Shown one piece after another: positions 9,624 through 17,607 of a DNA stretch of 64,000 nucleotides. This stretch comes from a virus. Taxonomy: Duplodnaviria; Caudoviricetes. The notes under the pieces were generated by a model. That model saw only the letters and a program-made list of their open reading frames with translations. It was not told the origin of the DNA and made no database searches. Position 1 is the stretch's first letter. The number at the start of each line of letters is the position of its first letter. Made by a program: the position numbers and the translations under genes. The stretch is from positions 1 to 64,000 of IMG/VR virus record IMGVR_UViG_3300044709_000184; one strand, written 5' to 3'.

Positions 9624-9902
9624 TCAGTTGTGGCGCCGCGCTGGTGACTTGATCTGCGCGATGGCGTGCTCGGGGGTGTCGGCGGTCAGCCGGTACTGCA
9701 GGGTGCCGTACACCTGGTTCCATGAGCCGTCGTCGAGCGACCGGACGAACAGGCCCTTGCCTTCGCCGTCGGTGCGGAACTCCAGCGGTGTGCCGGGCGG
9801 GTCGTCTGGGTGCTGCACCAGCTGGGTCCATGACCAGCCGCCGTCGCGGTACCGGGCGACATCCGTGATCGTCGTGGTGTAGCCCTCATCATCGGGTTGC
9901 AT
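9624..9902 (-). CDS. Hypothetical protein
   Basis: TAGGAG RBS. Confidence 0.65.
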   Translation of the reverse strand: MQPDDEGYTTTITDVARYRDGGWSWTQLVQHPDDPPGTPLEFRTDGEGKGLFVRSLDDGSWNQVYGTLQYRLTADTPEHAIAQIKSPARRHN

Positions 9903-9914
9903 GCTGCTCCTAGT

Positions 9915-10108
9915 TGGGTGGGCGGGCGAGCCGTGATGCTCCTGCCTGGCACAGACAAACCTCGCTGTGCCGGGTCGGTTGGTCACGGATCGGCTGAGCT
10001 GCAAAGACAGGACTTTGCATGATCGACGACGTGAACGCTCGTCTCCTCCGTTCGGCCGAGGTGCGGGATAGCCGAACGGGGGAGGTGAGCGCGGGGCGCT
10101 ACTCAGTG
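9915..10108 (-). ncRNA. Candidate structured intergenic RNA (about 190 nt)
   Basis: Three hairpins plus enclosing CCGTGA/TCACGG and CTGAG/CTCAG pairings. Confidence 0.45.
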
Positions 10109-10110
10109 CC

Positions 10111-10542
10111 TCAGTGCGCCGTCAGCCGCCGGGCGGCGGCGTGGCTGTGGAACACCTCCATGGCGCAGTGCCAGCACACATACCGGCTATGGGTGCGGTC
10201 GTAGTGCTGGATCGCCGTCCCGCCGCCCAGGTTCGGGCTGTGCACGGCACACCGGGCCCGCATGGTGGGGTCGGCTCGGGGGTGGTCCTCGTGGCTTGCG
10301 CCGCACCCGACCCACCGGTACAGGCACAGCCGCTCCCACTGGTCGTCGATGACCTTGAACGACGTCGAGTCGACCTGGTCGACCAGCGCGACGATGTTGT
10401 CGTCGCCGGCCCGGGCGTGCTCGGCTGCCTCTTCGACCGTCGGGTACAGCGTGACGGTCTGGTGTGCGCTACCGGCGACGGTCAGCCAGTCGGGGCCGGG
10501 GATGAACTTGCCCGACACCCAGCCCCGCGTCTCACCGGTCAC
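10111..10542 (-). CDS. Hypothetical Cys/His-rich protein
   Basis: GTGA-coupled. Confidence 0.6.
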   Translation of the reverse strand: MTGETRGWVSGKFIPGPDWLTVAGSAHQTVTLYPTVEEAAEHARAGDDNIVALVDQVDSTSFKVIDDQWERLCLYRWVGCGASHEDHPRADPTMRARCAVHSPNLGGGTAIQHYDRTHSRYVCWHCAMEVFHSHAAARRLTAH

Positions 10543-10904
10543 CGGTCTGCCCCGTCCAGCTCGGCCAGGCGCAGGTCGGCGAGGATAGCCGCCTGCCGGG
10601 CCCATGACCACTCGCACTGGTCGCCGTCGTCGGTCTGGTGCCCGACCGGGTAGCCCTCGGCCCGCAGGTCGATGCCGCAGCGGGGGCAGTGCTCGGGGCA
10701 TTTGTCGGACAGCTTGAGCAGGCTCTGGCTGATCCACTGGCCGCCCTTGGTGTTGTTCGGGTCGGTGGGCCAGACCCGAACCAGCGGGTCGGTGTCGTCG
10801 TCGCGGATGGGGTCGGTCTCGGTCACCTCGTACGTGCGGCCGGTGACCGGCCGGATCGTGAACACGACCACGTCGCCCGGGGCGAGGTAGCGCTGGTCAG
10901 ACAT
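10539..10904 (-). CDS. Hypothetical protein with CxxC
   Basis: AAGGAG RBS. Confidence 0.7.
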   Translation of the reverse strand: MSDQRYLAPGDVVVFTIRPVTGRTYEVTETDPIRDDDTDPLVRVWPTDPNNTKGGQWISQSLLKLSDKCPEHCPRCGIDLRAEGYPVGHQTDDGDQCEWSWARQAAILADLRLAELDGADR

Positions 10905-11019
10905 TGGTTGCTCCTTCGGGTCGGGTGTCTCCTACCGTAACAGGTACCGGCAGGAGACACAACCGTGTGGCCACCGCACCGCACCGGCCCATCACCCTGG
11001 GCCGGTGCAGCACGGCTAG

Positions 11020-11346
11020 TCAGACGGAGGTGGTGTGGTGGTCGTTCCGGGCCGCGAGCGCTTCGACCACGTGGGAGCAGCACGGCGTGTAGGCCGAGCT
11101 GGCAACCGGTGTGCGCAGCGTCCGCATCAGGTCATGCCCCCGGCCGACCTTGATCCGGTCGGCGGCGGCCACGACTCTCTCCTTCACCACAGCGGGTAGC
11201 TCAGGGCGCGTGGCGTAGGCCAGCACGTCCTCTTCCGCCTGCCGCAGCTGCTCGAGGACGTCGATCCAGTCCTTCCGCGGCGGGTCGTACACGAGCGTCG
11301 GCGGCGTCGGCTTGCGGGTCAGCCACCTCGTGATCGTTTGGAGCAT
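11020..11346 (-). CDS. Hypothetical protein
   Basis: GGGAG RBS. Confidence 0.65.
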   Translation of the reverse strand: MLQTITRWLTRKPTPPTLVYDPPRKDWIDVLEQLRQAEEDVLAYATRPELPAVVKERVVAAADRIKVGRGHDLMRTLRTPVASSAYTPCCSHVVEALAARNDHHTTSV

Positions 11347-11445
11347 GTCGGTTCTCCCATCCGACTGCCCAGATGCCCGTCTGGGTCGGTTCTGGCCTGA
11401 CGGCCACGGCTCCGGCTGGTACGGCGACCAGCCGGGCCGGAGCGG

Positions 11446-11931
11446 TCAGGCGGACTTGCGGGCGACGGGGTTGATGCTGAGGCCCATGACGGCCTCGAGG
11501 TGCGGGTTGGTCTCGCCGGCCATGTACCACGTCTGGAGCCGGTTGAGCCGCTCAGCGGTGACGGCCGGCTGGGCCGAGTCGGCGTACCAGGGGGCGATCG
11601 CGGCGGCGAGCTGGTGCGGCGCTACCACTACGACCCGGCCGGTGGCTTCCTCGACGATCCGGAGCCGGCCGCGGGCGGCCCGCACACGGAACCAGTCGAT
11701 GGCGATGTTGGCCAGCAGTGAGATCGCCCAGGCGCCGCCGCAGGCGTACAGCGTGAACCGGATGTTCTCGGCGGTGGCGCCGAGGAATGCGGCGGCCAGG
11801 GCGGCGCCCACTGACCAGGCCAGGAACATGCCGGCGGCCAGGCTGACCGCGGTGAACAGCCAGACCTTCATCCACCTTTCCGGTGTCCGGTAGCCGGCGG
11901 CCGAGGCGGTGGGCTTGGTGCAGGTGACCAC
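11446..11931 (-). CDS. Membrane protein (2-3 TM)
   Basis: AAGGAGG RBS just 3' of tRNA-like element 1. Confidence 0.7.
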   Translation of the reverse strand: MVTCTKPTASAAGYRTPERWMKVWLFTAVSLAAGMFLAWSVGAALAAAFLGATAENIRFTLYACGGAWAISLLANIAIDWFRVRAARGRLRIVEEATGRVVVVAPHQLAAAIAPWYADSAQPAVTAERLNRLQTWYMAGETNPHLEAVMGLSINPVARKSA

Positions 11932-11967
11932 GATGGGGCCTCCTTCGGTTGGGGGGGTTCGGGGTCG

Positions 11968-12047
11968 CCTCCCTGCCAGGGCTCGAACCTGGACCTGCCG
12001 GGGCCCGTCGGCTGACCGGTCGCGCTACCACGTTGCGCTACAGGGAA
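11968..12047 (-). ncRNA. tRNA-like element 1 with aberrant 14-nt anticodon loop
   Basis: TTCCCTG-TA-GCGC-AACGTGGTA-GCGC-G-ACCGG-TCAGCCGACGGGCC-CCGGC-AGGT-CCAGG-TTCGAGC-CCTGG-CAGGGAG-G; acceptor, D and T arms intact; no encoded CCA. Confidence 0.8.
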
Positions 12048-12085
12048 GATCGGGGCCCGGCCCAGGGGTTCGGGCCGGGCCTTCG

Positions 12086-12367
12086 TCATGGATCTAGTTG
12101 GGGTGACTCGGGGGCGCGGTGACCGCACTCTCTCGCGGGCACGCCGCAGGAGCCGCAGTAGTCGTCCCAGCCGTACCGGTTGCGGCACAGCGACCGCAGT
12201 CCGTCGGGGGTTTCGGCAGTGAGCCGGTTCGGCAGGCGCAGCGCCTCGTCGTGGCTGGCCTCGACCGGTGCCGGGACCGCGTTCCAGCGGGGTCCGGGTG
12301 TGCTGTACCAGACGTGCCAGCCGGGTAGCTGCCCGGCGAGCCGGTCAATCCACGTGCTGGTCTTCAA
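12086..12367 (-). CDS. Hypothetical protein with C-terminal CxxC...CxH
   Basis: TTGA-coupled. Confidence 0.6.
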   Translation of the reverse strand: MKTSTWIDRLAGQLPGWHVWYSTPGPRWNAVPAPVEASHDEALRLPNRLTAETPDGLRSLCRNRYGWDDYCGSCGVPARECGHRAPESPQLDP

Positions 12368-12768
12368 TGGGGGGTGCTCCCTTCTGGCGGGCTGTCGGGC
12401 AGGTAGTACGGCCACGCCTCGGGGCCCCACTCGTCGCCGCAGCCGGGGCATTGGAAGATGTCGGCCGTGCCGGTGTCCAGCTCGGTGCCGCAGCTGATGC
12501 AGTGCGGGTCCAGGACGGCCCGGGCGGCGGCCCGTTTGGCGCCGGCCACGGTGCCGCTGTGACCCTGCTCGTGGATCCGGTAGCCCGGCTCGGGGCCGAA
12601 CTCCGGGCCCCGCAGGGCCCACCGCCAGCCGCCCTTCGCCTTGTCCCGGCTCACGGCCAGATAGACCACTCCCGGCCGGCCCGACTCGCCGACGACATTC
12701 CGGGCCAGGGTCATCGACCAGTACGAAAGCGCCCCGGTCGCCGGGATGCGTTCCCAGACACGGGTCAT
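12364..12768 (-). CDS. Zinc-ribbon protein
   Basis: CISC...CPGC; ATGA-coupled. Confidence 0.65.
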   Translation of the reverse strand: MTRVWERIPATGALSYWSMTLARNVVGESGRPGVVYLAVSRDKAKGGWRWALRGPEFGPEPGYRIHEQGHSGTVAGAKRAAARAVLDPHCISCGTELDTGTADIFQCPGCGDEWGPEAWPYYLPDSPPEGSTPH

Positions 12769-12977
12769 GACGCACCCCCGGCGGGGGTGTCGGCGGCGAG
12801 CAGCTTGTGGAGCCACACCTGCTCACGGATGTACCGCAGCGTGGCACCGCCGGTGCGGGTGACGAACTCGCCGCAGCTGCACTCGACGTCGTAGCCCCAG
12901 GTGCCGCGCATCGACGCCTGACGGCGGATCCGCTCACGACCGGCGTACACGTACCACGTCATTCGATGGGTGACCAC
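12765..12977 (-). CDS. Small Cys/His protein
   Basis: AAGGAGG RBS just 3' of tRNA-like element 2; CSCG...H. Confidence 0.7.
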   Translation of the reverse strand: MVTHRMTWYVYAGRERIRRQASMRGTWGYDVECSCGEFVTRTGGATLRYIREQVWLHKLLAADTPAGGAS

Positions 12978-13001
12978 AGTGGACCTCCTTCCGTTGGGTC
13001 G

Positions 13002-13073
13002 TCTCCCTGCCCGGGGTCGAACCGGGACCTGCCGACCAGGGGGCCGGCTGCGCTGCCGTTGCGCTACAGGAAG
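13002..13073 (-). ncRNA. tRNA-like element 2 with aberrant anticodon arm
   Basis: CTTCCTG-TA-GCGC-AACGGCA-GCGC-A-GCCGG-CCCCCTGG-TCGGC-AGGT-CCCGG-TTCGACC-CCGGG-CAGGGAG-A; 8-nt loop with no U33, can zip to a 7-bp stem with CCCT loop. Confidence 0.82.
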
Positions 13074-13158
13074 GTGGAGGGGCGGGAACCCCGCTAGAGT
13101 TCCCGCCCCTCGTTCACCGCACCGGCTAGCGGGACCGGTCGGTCCGACTAGCCGAGGC

Positions 13159-13716
13159 TCACGGGGTGGCCCCCGTCGCCGCGAGCTGCTTGGCCTGCTC
13201 GGCCCGCACCCGCTTGCGGTACTGCATCGTCAGAGCTGCCTTGCCGGCGGCGTCCTTCTTGTCGTAGCCCTTGGACTTGCGCCAGGCCTTCTCGGCCTCC
13301 GTGACCACCCACGCCTCTTTCGGGGCGGTGGCGACTGGCTTGGGTGCGACGGACTGACGGCCCGCCTTGGTGATGTGGTGCTCCAGCAGCATGAAGACGC
13401 CGACGGTGAGTACGCCGAACCCCTTCTCGCCCAGGTTGTGACCGGCGTACACGTTGGCCGCCAGGCTGAGAAGGCCGCCTGCCATCAGCAGGCGGAAGCC
13501 GGACCGTCGGAAGCCCGGCAGGAAGTCGGTGTGCATCGACAGCTTGCCGACCACGGCAACGAAGTCGATGAGGCCGACCGCGGCGAAGCGGTACCAGCCC
13601 GACAGGCCGAGCATGCCGGCCGTGTCCACGATGTGCGATGCGCTGACGAACCCGGCGAGCACGAGCAGTCCAGAGACGCCCACCGTGATGATCCGCATAC
13701 GCGTGACGCTGTTCAT
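13159..13716 (-). CDS. DUF2637/Spd-like multi-pass membrane protein
   Basis: S.SHI...ID...SLAANV pattern, four TM, basic tail; GAGGAGG RBS. Confidence 0.7.
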   Translation of the reverse strand: MNSVTRMRIITVGVSGLLVLAGFVSASHIVDTAGMLGLSGWYRFAAVGLIDFVAVVGKLSMHTDFLPGFRRSGFRLLMAGGLLSLAANVYAGHNLGEKGFGVLTVGVFMLLEHHITKAGRQSVAPKPVATAPKEAWVVTEAEKAWRKSKGYDKKDAAGKAALTMQYRKRVRAEQAKQLAATGATP

Positions 13717-13729
13717 GGCCCCTCCTCAG

Positions 13730-14308
13730 GGGTCGAAGTTTGGGTGACCGTTTGGCCGCCCCCGCGGCGGCCCCCCGGTCTCGGGGGTTTGGCCCGGGCG
13801 CTGGCGGAGCTTTCGCTCGACGCCGGCTGCCTCACGGGTTCGGGAGTTGTGGTCCTGCCACTTCAGAGGGGCTGAGGGGGGCGGGCCTGCCGTGCCGGCC
13901 GCTGTCTGGGCGAGGGCACCCGATCGCCGCTTGACCACGTTCGGACTTACACCGCCTCGTGGCGGCCGAAGCCGCTCCTATGTCTGCCTAGCTCTTGGCG
14001 CGCTGCCAGCCGTTGGCTGGTCGTTGGCTTCCCTCATCGCCTCAGCCCCTTTGGAGGGGCAGGGGGTTGATCTTTGCGCTCTGTCCGTTCCGCTCGATCT
14101 TCACTTCGCGTTCGGTGGTCCTCGGTCGGCTAGCTCGTCCGGTGGGTCTAGGTTGCAGGCCTTGCAACCGATCTGCGGGCGGGCTCGGGCAGGTTTCCCG
14201 GTGGCCTCTCGTCTCGTACCTAGCGGCTTGGTGCTCGTCGCGGGTGCGGGTGGGGGTCTTGCTTCCCCGGCGCCTCTGTGGAGTTTTCAATCTTCGATTT
14301 CCCCCGTT
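13730..14308 (-). ncRNA. Candidate large structured RNA or 5' leader (about 580-590 nt)
   Basis: No credible ORF; GAAA and cUUCGg tetraloop hairpins on the minus strand; 24-nt long-range helix 13854-13877/14040-14063; directly after a promoter. Confidence 0.6.
14276..14290 (-). promoter_or_regulatory. boxA-like antitermination signal
   Basis: TTGAAAACTCCACAG resembles actinobacterial rrn leader boxA (TTTGAGAACTCAA.AG). Confidence 0.5.
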
Positions 14309-14343
14309 ACGTAAAGTGTAACACATGTCGGGTAGTGATACGA
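14304..14343 (-). promoter_or_regulatory. Promoter (TCGTAT-N17-TACACT) with TTAC-N7-GTAA palindrome
   Basis: 29/38 identical to 21678-21715. Confidence 0.7.
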
Positions 14344-14375
14344 CTGGGGTAGGGGGATCCCTGCCCCTTCCGGGA

Positions 14376-14391
14376 TGTGATCCTGGTCACA
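14376..14391. promoter_or_regulatory. CRP/GlxR-type binding site
   Basis: Perfect TGTGA-N6-TCACA in the divergent intergenic region. Confidence 0.6.
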
Positions 14392-14524
14392 TTTGGGGGT
14401 TTGGCTTGTCGGTTGACGGTCAGCGTGCCCGCGCCCGCCCGCGCTAGGGTCTGCCCCAGACAAGGCAGGCCCCGGGCGGCATCCGCGCCCAGCCCGGGGC
14501 CCCGATCAGGACGGAGCCCTGACC

Positions 14525-15100
14525 ATGTACCCGACCGTAACCCCAACCCCCCGCCGTAGCCGTGTTCCGCTGGTCCTGGGCATCATCGGCGGCGCCCTGT
14601 TCCTGCTGTGCGGCGGCCTGGTCCTCATCGTCGCCCTGGCCGCGAAGAGCGTCCCCAGCACCGCGACCAGCGCCGGCGGCAACGGCGCGGCCGGCCCCGC
14701 CGTGGCAGGTCTGGGCCAGCCGGCCCGTGACGGCAAGTTCGAGTTCACCGTGACAAAGGTCCAATGTGGTGTGCCCCAGGTCGGCACCGACCTGTTCAGC
14801 CGCAAGGCCCAGGGCCAGTACTGCCTCGTGTCCGTCACGGTCGCCAACATCGGCGGCGAGCCCCGCACCCTGGCCGCCGCCAACCAGCACGCCTACAACG
14901 CCGCCGGCGCAACCTACGACGCCGACTCGGCCGCCTCGATCTACCTCAACGACGCCGGGCGGGTCCTGTACGAGCCGATCAATCCCGGCAACCGGGTCAA
15001 CGGCACCCTGGTCTTCGACATCCCGAAAGACGGCAAGCTGGTCCGGCTCGAGCTGCACGACTCGCCGCTGTCGGGCGGAGTCGCGGTCACCCTGGGCTAG
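14525..15100 (+). CDS. DUF4352-type membrane-anchored protein (Mpr-like; possible superinfection exclusion)
   Basis: TM; RDGKFEFTV, KAQGQY, INPGN, LVFDIP, LELHDS motifs. Confidence 0.8.
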   Translation: MYPTVTPTPRRSRVPLVLGIIGGALFLLCGGLVLIVALAAKSVPSTATSAGGNGAAGPAVAGLGQPARDGKFEFTVTKVQCGVPQVGTDLFSRKAQGQYCLVSVTVANIGGEPRTLAAANQHAYNAAGATYDADSAASIYLNDAGRVLYEPINPGNRVNGTLVFDIPKDGKLVRLELHDSPLSGGVAVTLG

Positions 15101-15972
15101 CCCAGGCCGTCCCGGAAGGCGACCAGCTCCGGGTAGCCGTGGAAGTCGGCGACGCCGAGCAGCCACGCCGCCACCCGGGCCTGCCCGATCTCCCGGTCCA
15201 CCTCGTCGCCGTCGACGTTGGCCACGCGGACCAGGTAGCTGTGCCCGGCCGGCCCCGGGTGCAGGTACGTCAACCAGCCCTGCCGGTGGGCGACCATCAG
15301 CCCGGCCACACACCGGTCCGCCAGGGACAGCTCGCCGGGGTCCAGGGGCAGCGGCTCCGGCGACGCCACAGGGGTCAGGTCGGCGCCGACGGTCCTGGGC
15401 CGGGCCGGGGTCGGGAGGCGACGCAGCAGCGCCCACCACCGTTCCCGGGCCGTGTCGGCGGCCGACTGGGCCGCCTGGGTCGGCTGGGCGGCCAGCCGGC
15501 GGGTCGCGGCCTCGGCCTGCACCTCGTCGACGAACAGGTACCGGGCCAGGCCCCGGCTGAGCCGATTGTGGGCGTAGAGCGGGTACATGGCCCGGGCCAG
15601 GTACTCGGCCCCGTAGGTCCCGACCGTCGCGGACGGGTCGGCGACCTTCGGCAGCAGCTGGGCCGCGTCGCGGGGGGTGATGACCCGCGGCCAGGGCCCG
15701 GCGGCCAGGGCCGGGATCAGACCCGTGTACCCGGCCGCGCAGGCCAGCCCGTCACACCAGGCCACTGGCTCGTCCCGGATCAACGTCCGGAACGTGCGGG
15801 GCCGCCCGGCCGGGTTCAGGGCCAGCACCTGCCGGGCCAGGGCCGGCTCACCGGCCACATACCGGGCCAGGCCCAGCTCGTGCACGGCCCGCATCGCGAA
15901 GAGCTCCAGGATGGCCTCATGGACCGCGGTCGCCTCAGGGGGAGGGGTCACGGCGGGCAGACTAGCAGCCAT
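15097..15972 (-). CDS. Hypothetical protein
   Basis: 291 aa ORF, codon bias. Confidence 0.7.
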   Translation of the reverse strand: MAASLPAVTPPPEATAVHEAILELFAMRAVHELGLARYVAGEPALARQVLALNPAGRPRTFRTLIRDEPVAWCDGLACAAGYTGLIPALAAGPWPRVITPRDAAQLLPKVADPSATVGTYGAEYLARAMYPLYAHNRLSRGLARYLFVDEVQAEAATRRLAAQPTQAAQSAADTARERWWALLRRLPTPARPRTVGADLTPVASPEPLPLDPGELSLADRCVAGLMVAHRQGWLTYLHPGPAGHSYLVRVANVDGDEVDREIGQARVAAWLLGVADFHGYPELVAFRDGLG

Positions 15973-16133
15973 ACCGGCTGTGTTCTACGCGGCTTGGACC
16001 CGTGGCGGCACCACCGCTACCATGTCTGGGCGTCGGCCAGGTGGCGGGACAAGGGGTTTGCTGCTTGCTTGTGTTCCCACCGCGACGAGCAGGGCCCCCG
16101 GCCGCAGGTCGGCCGGGGGCCCTGTCTGTCATC

Positions 16134-16427
16134 TCAGACCGGGGTGCGGTCCCGGTAGGGCGGGGGCAGCCCGTTGCGGGCATCATCGGTCAGCGGCGCT
16201 GCCTTGACCGGGAACGCCCCGGGCACGATCTGGCCGTAGGCGAGCCACAGTTGGGCGGCCAGGGCGTAGTCGTCCGGGTCGGTGTGCTGCCGGTCCCAGC
16301 TCGTCGCCGCCCACAGGTACCGGGCGACCGGGTCGACGTCGTCCGGGTTGATCGCGTCGATGACCTCCTGGGTGGCCAGGCGCCGCACCTGCGGCTGCCC
16401 CAGCCACCACCGCAACAGCCTGATCAT
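16134..16427 (-). CDS. Hypothetical protein
   Basis: GGAGG RBS, ATGA overlap. Confidence 0.65.
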   Translation of the reverse strand: MIRLLRWWLGQPQVRRLATQEVIDAINPDDVDPVARYLWAATSWDRQHTDPDDYALAAQLWLAYGQIVPGAFPVKAAPLTDDARNGLPPPYRDRTPV

Positions 16428-17389
16428 GATGCCTCCTCCAGGGCCCGCGCCGCGGTCACCCTGATCGATCCGCTCTTTGTCCACGTTAGACGCCATGACC
16501 CGTAGATGCCGGCCGGTGACCCGGCCAGCACCGACCGCCAGAAGTCCTGTTCGGACGCAGCGTCAGACACGGTGCGGGCCGCGGCCCCGTACGCGCCCAG
16601 GGCCGCCTCGATCGCCGCGTCGGTCCGTACGATCGACGCCTGCGCACCGACCACGCCCGACTTGGCACCGGGCCAGCACCGTGACAGGAACGGGCACTCA
16701 TCGCAGCCCTTCGACTTGCCCGGCCCCTTCATGCGCCACCGCCGACCGCCCGGCATCGCCGCGGTGAGACGGGGGGCGGTGTCCGGGTCGGCGGCGGCGT
16801 CGATGATGTCCCGGACCCGGTTGATGACGGCCAGCAACCCGGCCGGGGTGATCTCCCGCACGAAGATTTCTTCGGCGCCGGTGCCGCGGTCGACGTAGAT
16901 CAGCACCGCCCAGCGGATGAGCCTCCCGGTGCGTTGCGTCTCGCCCAGGGCGTAGGCGAAGACCTGCACCCAGTGGTCGCCGTACGGGCCGTAGCGGCGC
17001 ACCACGTCCAGCCCGTCGACGGTCTTCACGTCGACGATCTCGCCCCCGTCGGCCGACTCGACCACGGCTAGGTCGGTTTGGCCGGTGATGGCCAGCCCGG
17101 CGGCGTGGGCGATGACGTCGGTTTCGTGCTTCCCGCCGACCTGGTCGGCGAGGCGGGGCAGAAACCCGAGGTGGAACCAGGTGCCCAGGTTCGCGGCCCG
17201 AGCCTCGGCGGGTGGGGGAGTGTCGCTGACCGGGGTACCGGCCAGGGCGTAGGCGGCCTGCCGGGTGCAGCCCCCGAGCTTGGACACGGACAGCCGATGC
17301 GGGGGGCGGGCCCGGGATGAGGTCTCAGCAACGTGGGCAGCGGCGACCGCGGCCTGGTACTTGTCCCGCACCGTCGCCGACGTGGTCAC
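16424..17389 (-). CDS. PD-(D/E)XK (Cas4/RecB-like) exonuclease
   Basis: GQTD, VDVKT, QVFAY; N-terminal Cys plus CxxC...C. Confidence 0.8.
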   Translation of the reverse strand: MTTSATVRDKYQAAVAAAHVAETSSRARPPHRLSVSKLGGCTRQAAYALAGTPVSDTPPPAEARAANLGTWFHLGFLPRLADQVGGKHETDVIAHAAGLAITGQTDLAVVESADGGEIVDVKTVDGLDVVRRYGPYGDHWVQVFAYALGETQRTGRLIRWAVLIYVDRGTGAEEIFVREITPAGLLAVINRVRDIIDAAADPDTAPRLTAAMPGGRRWRMKGPGKSKGCDECPFLSRCWPGAKSGVVGAQASIVRTDAAIEAALGAYGAAARTVSDAASEQDFWRSVLAGSPAGIYGSWRLTWTKSGSIRVTAARALEEAS

Positions 17390-17607
17390 GGCTCGTCCCA
17401 GCCGTCAGGGCGACACGACGCCCGCCAGTGCAGCAGCACCGGGGCCAACTCGGCCCCCACCTCGTCCTCAGTGGCGCGCGCCAACGCGCCCTCATCCCAG
17501 CCATCATCGACCAGGGTGAAGTAGGCAACGGCGCACTCGTACTGGCCGGCGAAGCTGTTGTGCACCATCGGCTCACCGCAGCACAGCGGCTCAGCGACGA
17601 CCACCAC
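17386..17607 (-). CDS. Hypothetical protein
   Basis: Overlaps both neighbours. Confidence 0.55.
   Translation of the reverse strand: MVVVAEPLCCGEPMVHNSFAGQYECAVAYFTLVDDGWDEGALARATEDEVGAELAPVLLHWRASCRPDGWDEP

Noticed and set aside
11968-13073. Calling the two elements functional tRNA genes or attP/attL remnants
   Set aside because: Neither has a 7-nt anticodon loop. att remnants keep only one end of a tRNA, whereas these keep both ends.
13730-14308. c-di-AMP (ydaO) riboswitch, tmRNA, RNase P RNA, group II intron or hammerhead ribozyme
   Set aside because: Only fragments match (AACGGGGGAA and CCCGAACCCGT lie more than 450 nt apart). No tmRNA ends, RNase P core, domain V or correctly arranged hammerhead core.
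13726-14546. ORF-track predictions in the non-coding leader
   Set aside because: No RBS or GC3 bias; they overlap promoter and structured RNA features.
16424-17389. Cas4 as evidence of CRISPR-Cas
   Set aside because: No array or other cas genes; it pairs with a RecT-like protein as a phage recombination exonuclease.
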